Positions 53,729-64,000 of a stretch of 64,000 nt of DNA are shown here, piece by piece (positions within the stretch are counted from its first letter, which is position 1; every line of letters begins with the position of its first letter). A program made the position numbers and the translations under genes. The notes under the pieces were generated by a model. It ran no database searches. It saw nothing but the letters and a program-made list of their open reading frames with translations, and was not told the origin of the DNA. This stretch comes from Raja brachyura. Taxonomy: Eukaryota. The DNA is taken from positions 17,112,001-17,176,000 of the forward strand of contig OY740799.1 of assembly GCA_963514005.1 (NCBI GenBank), written 5' to 3'.

Positions 53729-54480
53729 CTGCAAAGTAGAGCCACATTATTTGCCTAACTTCCAAATCAGGTGCACAATTGCAAGTTCCATCACAATAAG
53801 AAATTACAAAAAGAGCAAATAAAGGAACATCCTCACTGATTTATCAGAATTGAAATAAAGTAGCATCCTCATTGACTGGTGTCTCAAATGTGCGATTATC
53901 ATTAATCTTTGCTGGTTAGTCCATTTTTCCCTTGTTCAATCATTGGCCAGTCGTTAGTGTTTTCACATTGCCACATGATCCTCTGTCTGGATACCACACT
54001 ATGCCGCTGCAATGTTCTCATTCCAGCCTGGTTTCCAAATACTGCAGGGCAGAGGGTCCATTGTGGCACAGATATGTACCTACACAGGATGAGCCTGTCA
54101 AATGACATACCATGAAAATCTGTTTTTCAGCTGTACGACTATCATCTATGTACAGAGAATCATAAGTGAGAGAGAGGAATATATAGAAAAATGCGTACTA
54201 CAAAAGGAGAGAGGGAGAGAGAGTTGGGAGTGTGCAGCTCCTTGGTGGTGCTATTTGAAGCGAGTATGTGCAATGTTGATCCTATTCCACATCCTTCAAA
54301 GATGAGGCACGACATACGAATATAATTTAACAACCCCCGTCGCGGTGTGATCCACACAAGGCTGCTGCCTGGCACTGTAGTATCAGTTATAACAGCCGCC
54401 TGTATTTCCAACATGCAGTAAGATGTGGCAGTGAGGTTTCATATATAATATCATGGTTAAACATTTGCTTTCAGTTTAAA

Positions 54481-55107
54481 AATCTTGCAGCAATAGCAAA
54501 ATGGAGTCAGGGTGATTGGTGCAGCAGTGAGTTTCAGGATGGTGGAGAGTGTGCTAGAGGTCATGGTAGTGAACATGGGGTGAACAACTGAAGAGAGTGT
54601 GATACCAGGTGCGAGTATTTTTCCATTCTGCACTTGTTGGGTGAGAAGGAAATTGCACATTTGAGACGGTAGCAGTTGCTGAGAGATTCGAAAGGGAGAA
54701 GACCGAGAATTAAATAAATGGTTGAGCAGTTGATATTGCCAAAGAAATATCTCCTTCTTCCCAAGAAGCCCATCAGCTTCTACCACTCAGTCATTGTGTT
54801 ATGCGGTGGCAGATGGGGCCCATGGGAATCTGCAGATTCTCCTACAGCTAAGCAATGCATTTCTAACTGGGTTTAAGCAAAAAACTATTAAATATAGGGG
54901 TCATAACTAAATATAGGGGTCATTATTAAGAAGTTTACTAATGACACCATTGTGATCGATAGGTGGGAAGAAACTTACTTGACTAGTAGGCATCACTGGA
55001 ATCTTGCAGCAATAGCAAAATGGAGTCAGGGTGATTGGTGCAGCAGTGAGTTTCAGGATGGTGGAGAGTGTGCTAGAGGTCATGGTAGTGAACATGGGGT
55101 GAACAAC
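54481..55107 (+). repeat. 108-bp perfect direct repeat (54481-54588 and 55000-55107)
   Basis: aatcttgcagcaatagc...ggggtgaacaac is identical in both copies. Confidence 0.9.
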
Positions 55108-57581
55108 CCCATTTCAAATCATTTGCTGTGTCGCTCTTCCAGGGAGATGCTAAATGCATTTCGTTGTCTCTGTACTGTACACTGACAATGACAATTAAAA
55201 TTGAATCTGAATCTGAATGTGACTGGAATGGTTGGGAATTCACAGAAATAGCAAACAAAATTCATTTCCGAGAAGTGTGAGATAAAATATTTGTAAATGG
55301 CAACAAAGGAAAGGAATGCATGATAAATGGTAAGATACTAACAAGTGCGGAGAAACAGAGGGATTTTGAAGTTATGAAGTAAATTTGTTGCACAAAGATA
55401 GCAGTATGAGTCAATAGATAATAATGAAGGCTTGTGGAATACATGCTTTTATTAGCTGAGACAGATAATAACAAGCAGAACTGTTAGAACTGTGTAAATA
55501 AAATCAGTTTGGCCATGGCCAGAGTAGACTCTATAGTTCTGGTCATGATGCTACAGAAAGAACATAATTCCATTAGAGAGCTGTGGAGGAGATTCATGAG
55601 GCTATTTCTAGGGCTCATGAACTATAGCAATGAGAAACGATTATATTGGCTGGGAATGTTTTCTTTGGAACAAAGATGACTAAGAAATTATGAGTTTGAA
55701 TTGAATAAATTTATGAGGCCCAGGCAGTAAACAAATAGCAGAGGGGGTCAGAGACTCTCACTACATTTAAAAAGTCCTGGATGAGCACTTAAAGATCAGT
55801 AACTGAAAGGTCACATCAAATTCTCAGAAGTGTGATTCCAAAAGGTCAATTTTTGACCAGCAGCAGTTTGCCTGGCCTCCTTCTGCGCTGTCTTTTTATA
55901 TGATTCTGACTGTTCAGAGCACACAGCTCATCAAATACGACCTGTAATATGGCTCATGTCTGCAATCTCACACACACCAAGACCACCAACATTCTTCTGA
56001 CGGTAGCCCAGCATCCTCTCAGTGGGGCCCCCTGATGGTGGAGTATTCCCAGTGCAGCAACACTCAGATTGGGAGTTCAAACCTTCAGAGCCTAGAACCT
56101 TCTAACTCTGAGGTGAACAACAGGAGACCCAGGACTATTGGCAGCATCAACCAAGACTTGCTGTCTCAGCTAATGTGCGACAGGCTGCTTGCTAGCAGGC
56201 TCCTCATGCCATCTATTAGGTCACCTTTAGTAAAGTCCTTGGAGAGAACTTTCACTGGGGCTTCAGCACAACAGTGTTTTGTTTATTCAGGCCATCCCGA
56301 GTTAAAAAACCCTTACATTATATACTCCTGCATTCTAACAAGTTCCCATTATATTATAACATTCAAAAATCCAACATGCATGCATTAATTGTTCCTACAA
56401 ATAGCAGAACTGCTTCTCTCTCTCCCTCTCTCTCTCTGGTTTTAGTAATTGTGCTTTCTAACCAGCCATATGTGCTTTTGATGACATTCACCACAATAAT
56501 GTATGGTGACCATTATGGTGACCATAACAAACCATTCTAGTTCATTTTCCAATTTATGGACAAAATTGACATATAGATGTCTGTAAACACAGAATCCATT
56601 TGTTATCTGGACCTGGCCTGTATTTTTATTCTCTGAATGTTTCTGACCATTTAATTTTCCTGTCTCAGATTCCTGCACCAAAGCACATTTTGGCTACACC
56701 TCTGGGCAGTTACGAAGCCAGCCATGTAAGGGTCTGCAGTAATGTTGCCTCTTTCCAGGGACTCTTAGCAGTACAGTATTGAGGATGTTTTTCTTTGTAT
56801 GTAACTTTTGCTGCATCCAAACCAGCAGTATTTGTGATGGGATTTTGTACAAGGACTTGTACTCTGCCCTGGTACTATTCAATATCCTAACTGTGGTATG
56901 GGATTCATGAGTTCCTTTTTGACCCTGTATAAATAAAGCGGCAGAGTTTTTTTGGTGCCTTCAGTTATTTACATGGATCAGATTGCAGCCAATATAACAG
57001 CGGGTGAGGAAGAGAGTATTTACTTTATCTGCCCTTTCAGTCTAAAGTTTGATATACTGTAGCCTTTCTGGCATTACAGTCACTGATCCAAGATTCCAGT
57101 GGGCTTAATCTCGAGAGCAGGCCATGGCGCCACCTGTTGTAACACTGAGGAAGAGCAGTGGTGTTTTGTCAACCCAGGACTGATAGTGGAAATGGGAACA
57201 GGCAAGTACTTCTGGCAAAGAGATATTATTTTCCCTTCATATTGTTCCATGAACTTTCATCAGAATTACATGGTCTGTGTACTTTGCATTGAGAATTGAT
57301 ATACAGCAAACCATTTGACCTACATTGCAGTAGGTTGTTGCTACAATAATCATAAACTAACTCACTGTTCCATTCTCTCTGTATGATCCTGTACAAAGTT
57401 AAATCTAATCCATTGCTCCATTCACACTCCACTTCTGACTTCCACAGTTGCAACAGTCTTCTAATTTTTCTTTCAAAAATACAAAGATCTCTTCATCAGA
57501 CATTTCCTGTGTGAATCATTCTATGTTGCAACGGTGGGATACAGAAAATCAATATCTCCTAACCTCACGACTCACACTTAC

Positions 57582-57635
57582 AGGGACTGATGAACCCTAT
57601 GCACTTAACTTTTTCCAGCCAGGGGAACAGTTTAT
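57582..57635 (-). CDS. Possible optional 54-nt exon (DKLFPWLEKVKCIGFISP)
   Basis: ggttcctcag| ... CT|gtaagt, symmetric phase 1/1 and open, but no homology support. Confidence 0.35.
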
Positions 57636-58096
57636 CTGAGGAACCAGTCCATCAATATTATAAATTTGAAAACTTTCATTAAATCTCTCCTGCAATTCTA
57701 TATCCCATTGCTAAGATTAAGAATGTTTGCAGAAACACCCAACAACTCTGAGTTTCCATTCCTAAAATAATTGAGGTAAACCTTCTGCTGACAAAAGCCC
57801 TTTGGGCCTGTTTTATTATAAGAAAGCAAAAATGAACACAGCCTCTGTCTGTCAAATAAAGGATGATTCATAGATCACTAGACTGTATCCATTCAATACC
57901 AATCTGCAGTTAGAACAAGTACGTGTTCTAACTGCAGATATATATTGCTGCTCTTTTCCGGCAGATATATATTGTTGCAAGGAATGGAATAATTCTCTTC
58001 CTCCCCGACCGCATCTCCAACAGGACACTGGTGTGAATATTGTCAGTGAGCACTCTATTCATGACTCAGGAGCATAGTAACTAAACAAAGACTCAC

Positions 58097-58156
58097 CACT
58101 CATATCTCGGACAATCGCTTGTTGTCGCAGCACCTTCACCTCTGGGGGACCTCTCT
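58097..58156 (-). CDS. CCDC136: CCDC136-like 60-nt microexon B (ERGPPEVKVLRQQAIVRDMS)
   Basis: atgttttag| ... G|gtgagt, phase 1/1, open; same length as microexon A and shares the LRxQAxxRDMS motif. Confidence 0.72.
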
Positions 58157-58764
58157 CTAAAACATATTGAAGATAAATATGGATTATTGCCATTGTACAG
58201 GAGGTAAACAAAGGTAGATTTTCTTTTGGCCAAATGCAATAACAAAAAGCCTGTCAAGGATAGAACTGATCTAGAATCTCCAGGAAGAATATCGAAAGTC
58301 AGAACCTTCAGAGGAAGATGCAGGGGGCAGAAGAGTCAATGGCTTCTAGGAAGAATATAGAGAGTCAACATCTTCAGCAGGGAGAGCCAGCAGCAATGAT
58401 GTAGGGGAGAGTGAGTCAGCGCCAATGAGGGCGGGGAGAGAGAGTCAGCACTTCGAAGGAAGGGAAAGAGCACATGGGAAGGGAGAAAAGAGTCAGCATT
58501 AGGGAACGGGAGAGAGAGCACCGAGGGAAGGGAGAGAGCACCTTACGGGTGGGGGGGGGGGGGGGGGGCGGAAGGGTTAGCATCTTCAGGGAAAGGAGAT
58601 GGAGTCTGCACTCTTCAGAAGGTTGGGGGAGATAAAATCTGCAGTTTCACAGGAGGGGAAGAGAGTCAACTTTGAAGGAGGGGATGAGAGTTGAATGCAC
58701 AATCGCAGTAACTGTAGGGTTTTAATTGTAAAGCAGTATTGTGCTGAAATGGATGTACTGTTAC

Positions 58765-58824
58765 CGCTCATGTCTCTGATCATGGCTTGTTTACGGAGAA
58801 TCTTCGATTCCTGGAGTCTTTTTT
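58765..58824 (-). CDS. CCDC136: CCDC136-like 60-nt microexon A (EKRLQESKILRKQAMIRDMS)
   Basis: ttgtctgttacag| ... G|gtaaca, phase 1/1, open; paralogous to the exon at 58097-58156. Confidence 0.7.
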
Positions 58825-59337
58825 CTGTAACAGACAAATATCAAGAAGCTAAATTTGTAATTATTTTAAACATTTCAATCAAACATTTAAATAAAAAACT
58901 GTTACATACAAGAGAGACAAATAACCAACCCACAAACCCCACACATCCTATCCCCACCTCCGTATACCCCATCCTACACACCTAAAGCCTTCAAACCCCA
59001 TCACAACCCCCGCACATTACACCCCAACGCCACATCCAACTCCCCATACACAATCTTCACCTCCACAAACCTCACCCAAACCCAGCCCCAACCCCATCCC
59101 ACACACACCATCTCCATCCACAACATCATGGCCACCCCATCAAGATTCTAGGCCCTGGTCAGTCAATGGCCCACATCCTATCTTCTAGCCCAAAATGCCC
59201 CATTCCCAGCGCAGGATCACCTTTTCTCCAAAGCCCCAGGCATTTATTTTTCCATCCCCCGAGTTCTCACGCTCCCTACACCCACGTTTCCAGATATCCC
59301 AAGCTCAGTTCACAAACCACGCTCCCGGAGATCCTAC

Positions 59338-59614
59338 CTTTCCGTAGAGTTGGTCTTCGACGTTTCCTGTTCAACCCATCCTCCACATCATTGTCAGGTG
59401 AAGCCATTTCTTTTCCTTCTGGAATCTCCTCGCCATCTTTATTATCTCCTTCTGTGTTTCCTGTCTTTACCTCCATTAGCTTCTCCGGGTCGGTTTTACT
59501 GTTCAGCTCCTGCACCTTTACATCCATGTTTTTGTGATTAGTCTTGAGATCCAAATCTGATCGGAATGATCCCCTGTACTTCAATGTCAGATTTGCACAC
59601 TCAGCCTGAGTGTC
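59338..59614 (-). CDS. CCDC136: CCDC136-like exon (DTQAECANLTLKYRGSFRSD...GLNRKRRRPTLRK)
   Basis: Acceptor ccttcctctgcag|, donor AAG|gtagga, open frame (overlaps ORF 59276-59584), phase 0/1 fits both neighbours; charged, disordered composition. Confidence 0.72.
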
Positions 59615-59829
59615 CTGCAGAGGAAGGTATCCATTAGTAAGTTCATTGCCACCCTACTCATGAGAAATAGCCTCCCCTGCTTCACAGGTAACAACCACAG
59701 CAGGACAGCTGGATAGGATCTGAAACATGAAGCAAAGTAAGGGCCATTCAGCCCTTTAATCCTACTGATTTCACAACCCCTGCATCATATATCCTCAATG
59801 AACACAAACACACTTATTTAATTGCCCAA

Positions 59830-60130
59830 GGCAATGCAGTGGCAAAGGATTTACAGGACCAAGGGTCAATCCTGACCAAGGGTGCTGTCTGTGTGGAGTT
59901 CGCATGTTCTCCCTGTGACCGGGCAAGTTTTCTCCAAGTGCTCCGGTCTCCTCCCACATCCTAATGACATGTGGGTTTGTAAGTTAATTGGCCTCTGTAA
60001 ATTGCCCCTAATGTGTGGAAAAGTGAATAACATTGATCTTGTGTGAATAGATGATTGATGATCGGTGTGGACTCGGTGGGCTGAAGGGCCTGTTTCCATG
60101 CTGTATCTCTAGACAAAACTAAATTAAACT
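59830..60130 (+). mobile_element. V-SINE (HE1-like)
   Basis: gggtgctgtctgtgtggagttcgcatgttctccc... with tail gggcctgtttccatgctgtatctcta. Confidence 0.8.
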
Positions 60131-60694
60131 AAGTCCTTAAAAAGGAAACTTCCAAGTATTGCAAGAGAGATTTATCTGGTCATTGCTCACAGAAAGAAAG
60201 GGATTAAGGATGAGACTGCAAGGTGGCCATATAACATTTTGTAGAAGTGGAGAGCTTCTGCTTTTATACAGATACTGTCAATTGAACTACCTTAATAAGG
60301 GAAAAGGGTCAGTCAGAAACATCTTGGTATACATTGTTTGCATTGTCTTGATGCATTTACCACAGTCAAATAAAGGGCTTGTCAGTCACATACATTTCAA
60401 TACAGTATGTGTAGGAAGGAACTGCAGATGCTGGTTTAAACCGAAGACAGACACAAAATGCTGGAGTAACTCAGTGGGACATTGTCCCTGTTAATTGTCA
60501 ATGTATATTGCTGTACTCTGGTTTGGTCTAAGCTGTTGTCTCTAAAGGAGCATGATCAAAGGATGCTTCCTTTGCTGGGCTACAGTATAAGTATACAGTA
60601 TGAGGGCCGCTTCTTCTCCGGTATCGTCTGTGGGTGCTGATACATCAAGGTAAACGGAAAGGCAGTGTTGTGAGGGATATATTGCTGGACACAA

Positions 60695-61015
60695 TGGGCA
60701 GCATGGTGACACTGCGGTAGAGTTGCCTCCTTACTGTGCCAGAGACCCGGGTTCGATCCTGACCGACCCTGAAAGGCAGTGTTGCTGTCTGTACGGAGTT
60801 CATACGCTCTCCCCGTGACCTGCGTGATTTTTTTTCCAGGATCTCCGATTTCCTCCCACACTCCAATGATGCACTGGTTTGTAGGTTAATTGGCTTTGGT
60901 AAAAATAGTAAATTGTTCCTAGTGTGTGTAGGTATAGTGTTGGTGTACGGGGGTCACTGGTCGGCACGGACACTGTGGGCCAAAGGGCCTGTTTCCATGC
61001 TGCATCGGTAAACTA
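60695..61015 (+). mobile_element. V-SINE (HE1-like)
   Basis: ggcagcatggtgacactgcggtagagttgc...gggttcgatcc... and a CR1-like tail. Confidence 0.82.
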
Positions 61016-61619
61016 AAGTATATAATAGTATACTCGCTGGATATGAATCAGAATGATGCTGTTTCTCTCAGGAACATGAGCACCAGAAGATTCATTGTAG
61101 CGCACCAAGGACGGCTGGCCATTCAGCTTGAGCATTCAATCTCCAGCTGGGTGAGGCCAATATAGCCAAACAAAGAGACGGGGATTCACCAGCTTCCATC
61201 ATGTCCAATGGAAGGTGATGGGAATGACTATAAACTCTGGGTTAATGCAAGGAACAGCGATGGTCCATGCTCATCATGCCAACCATGGAGCAGCAGCGAG
61301 CCCTGTGTCTCTGCAACAATAGGTGGTCCTGCTTGCCGTGACCCACCCATCAAAACTCTCACAAACAGGCTCTCCATACCAAGGAGGTCAGCTTCCTGGA
61401 AGCAGGGAGGCCTGGGGCTCACACCAGGTTTCAGGTGCAGCCGCTGAGTAGTTGTCTTTGTTTAGTGTGCAGAGAAGTACATACCCATGTGTGTCTGGAT
61501 CGGAGGACTAGCACACTCTAGTGGTTTGCGGAGTACCGTTAATGGAGAGCCAGTATTTGTTGGATACACCAGCTATAGGGGACCAGGGCACAGTACTATA
61601 GAGAAGAAGAGGTTTGTAC

Positions 61620-61715
61620 CTGCCAGACATTGTCAGAGAGGACCTGTGTGTTGGTCAGTAAATACTGCAGCGTCTCCAACTTCTGTTCCAGGAGCTGCTC
61701 ACGCTGCAAAGCCTC
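61620..61715 (-). CDS. CCDC136: CCDC136/SLMAP-family gene exon: SLMAP/TRAF3IP3-like N-terminal coiled coil (EALQREQLLEQKLETLQYLLTNTQVLSDNVWQ)
   Basis: 96 nt, strong acceptor ttctgttttctgttgcag| and donor CAG|gtacaa, phase 0/0. Closely resembles SLMAP EALHREQMLEQKLATLQRLLAITQEASDTSWQ as I recall it. Linkage to the downstream exons is inferred from phase only. Confidence 0.8.
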
Positions 61716-61854
61716 CTGCAACAGAAAACAGAAGACATTGACGTACCTGTGCTGCAATCTGTACAAATGGTAAAGGACATTAGGCCATCATGACTTTATT
61801 ACACGCAATCATTATCACAGACCTATGAAAACCCAAGCAACACAAACATATTGT

Positions 61855-64000
61855 ATCAAATTATAGACCTGTGTCTTTGCTCAATTTTGTAAAATATTTG
61901 AAAAGCTATTTGTGAATAGACTTGATGACTTCATTGAGAAATATGAGTTATTGAGTGATCATCAATATGGGTTTAGTAGCAATGTTACAAAATTTTGAGA
62001 TTTTAAAAATCAAGTCTGCAATTTATCCCATCAGATAAAGCATAAAAATAATTTGACACCCAATTCACTTTCATATTTTCAGTATTAAGAAAATTATGAC
62101 CATTTTCATGCTCGGAAATTAGCATCTTCTTCCCCATTGCCTTTCAATTGACTTAACTCAAAAGCTGTGATCTAGAACCGTTAAAAGCCCATAACTTTCT
62201 TAAACATTAAGAGAACTCAATGAAATTTCCAGTTATTATAGATTGAAGCATTCTGAAGCAAATATGAAACAATCTTACTTGGATGACCTGAAATTAAAGC
62301 ATATAATTAGTTAGTTATCCAATTGTAGCTAATTACAAAATTCAATGAGTAGATCTAAACATCTATCCATTTCTTAAGAAAAGATAAACTTTTTTTAAAT
62401 TGTCTAAGTGTCCAAATAACATTCACACAATAATCCACAATATAACATAATTTTTAAATCTCATTTTCATGAATTTCTGGGCCAAATGGAAGGAATTTTG
62501 TGTTGAATGCCTGTAAATGAATGGCCATTTAAATCAACTAGCGAGTGGGTTTTAGTGGAATGTGGTGGATTGGAACGTTGTGCTTTGCTGTGAAGTCGGT
62601 ATGAAAAATACAGCTGGTTCATACATTTTTTTTGGACCCCATTTCGCAACATGAAAATATTATTAAAGCCTCCATAAAAACCAACTTTTAATATAAAAAT
62701 AAACTGTGTCCCTTTTTTTCTCCCCTACGCAAAATCCTTCCCGTTATCGGCACTCACGGCTTTTGAAGGTGATTTTTAAATTACTCTAGATAATAAATAA
62801 TCTAGCGTAATTTAAAAATACCTTCATTAATGAAATGTCGGAGCGATTTTTCTTCCGCAACAAAATCGCCCGACATTGATCGATTTGCCCAGTCTGAAGA
62901 AAAACGGCACTTTAAGCCTGCCCCCCTCTGAAAGGTGCCAAAGACGCGCACACGGGGAGCGGCAGAACTGCAGCGCTGCTCAAGGTAAGTTTTGTAACGT
63001 ACCTAGGTTTAGGAGTAATCGATCGACATCATTAGCGGTGATGGATTTTGTAGAAAATATAGCAACAGCAATAGATAAGAAACTACACACTGTGGGTGTA
63101 TTTATTGATTTACGTAAAGCATTTGATACAATTAATAATTCCTTACTTTTGCAGAAATTGGAACGTTATGGTATAAGAGGTGTCACACAAAATTGGTTGG
63201 GAAGTTAAAGTAATAGGTTTCAGTATGTAAAAATTAATAATACTGAATCACAGCTTAGAATAGTAACCTGTGGTGTTCCACAAGGTTCGGTACTGGGACC
63301 CAAGTTATTTATACTTTATTTAAATATTTGTAAAGTATCCAATACGTTTAATTTTTTTTAAGTTTGCGGATGATACAAATATATTTTGTTCAGGGAATGA
63401 TATAAAATAACTATTGAAAACAGCAGAAAGAGAATTGATAGTGCTAAAATAAATGGTTTGATATTAATAAATTATCCCTAAATGAAAATAAAACAAAATT
63501 TACGGTGTTTGGTGGTGACAGGGTTAATTGTGAAATAAAATTGAATGGAGTTGAAATTGAAAGAGTATATCAAACAAAATTCCTGGGAGTGAATATAGAT
63601 CATAAACTTTGTTAGAAGCCTGATATAGAATACATCAAACGGAAATTATCTACATCCATTGCTATTCTTTACAAAACAAAGGATCTGTTGAATAAGAAGT
63701 GTTTGTATATATTGCATTGCTCGCTGATAATGCCATATATGTCATATTGTGTTGAAGTTTGGGGAAATGTATACAAAACAAATATAGACCCTATAATTAA
63801 ACTCCAGAAAAGAGCTATTAGAATAATACATAAAGCTTTTAACCATGAAACTACAACTCCATTAGTCATAAAGTCCGGTACCTTAAAATGTTTGGATATT
63901 GTGCATGTAAAGACATTAGAAATACTTTTCCGAGTTAGGAATAAAATCCTTCCAGTTAGTATTTAAAAAAAAAATAAATTAAGAGAAGGACATTATAATT
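61855..64000 (+). mobile_element. AT-rich decayed LINE of the CR1/L2 group (Crack/Daphne-like), split by a DNA transposon
   Basis: YRPVSLL..KIFEK..QYGF|RSNRSTSLA...VFIDLRKAFDTI...GVPQGSVLGP...FADDT...YCVEVWGN, with stops and frameshifts; clade label is tentative. Confidence 0.82.
61977..63005. mobile_element. Non-autonomous TIR DNA transposon (hAT-like) with 7-bp TSD
   Basis: Left end tagcaatgttacaaaa, right end ttttgtaacgtaccta; ggtttag duplicated at 61970-61976 and 63006-63012; removing it restores the LINE codons QYGFRSNRS. Confidence 0.82.

Noticed and set aside
54111-54145. Possible 35-nt exon (catag|...ATG|gtatgt)
   Set aside because: Not frame-preserving between phase-1 neighbours and no homology; could at most be a non-coding or poison exon.
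61485-61572. Possible exon LVYPTNTGSP...THM downstream of the SLMAP-like exon
   Set aside because: Would need a 47-nt intron and ends in a phase incompatible with the exon at 59614.

Overview
Eukaryotic, intron-rich vertebrate DNA, most likely from a cartilaginous fish (ray/skate-type CR1/HER1 LINEs, HE1-like V-SINEs and a shark-type satellite; inferred from remembered repeat families, not a search). It holds two minus-strand genes in tandem. (1) The promoter, first coding exon (9801-10146) and start of intron 1 of filamin C (FLNC). (2) Upstream of it, most of a CCDC136 / SLMAP-family tail-anchored coiled-coil gene. I reconstructed it by hand as 12 phase-compatible GT-AG coding exons from 61715 down to 27075 (3696 nt, 1231 aa plus stop; 5' end probably outside the window), with one optional 54-nt exon and a candidate terminal exon near 24.9 kb. 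This CCDC136-like gene is unusual in four ways: it keeps an SLMAP/TRAF3IP3-type N-terminal coiled-coil exon, it has a duplicated 60-nt microexon pair, it has a 1950-nt exon made of ~55 degenerate decapeptide repeats, and a second tail-anchor-like sequence sits in frame behind a UGA-C stop. The rest is decayed retroelements (CR1, Rex1/Babar-like, an AT-rich CR1/L2-group LINE, SINEs, palindromic elements with hammerhead-like cores), two TIR elements with target-site duplications, an old fold-back element and several degenerate tandem arrays. Repeat boundaries are approximate; exon boundaries were read base by base.
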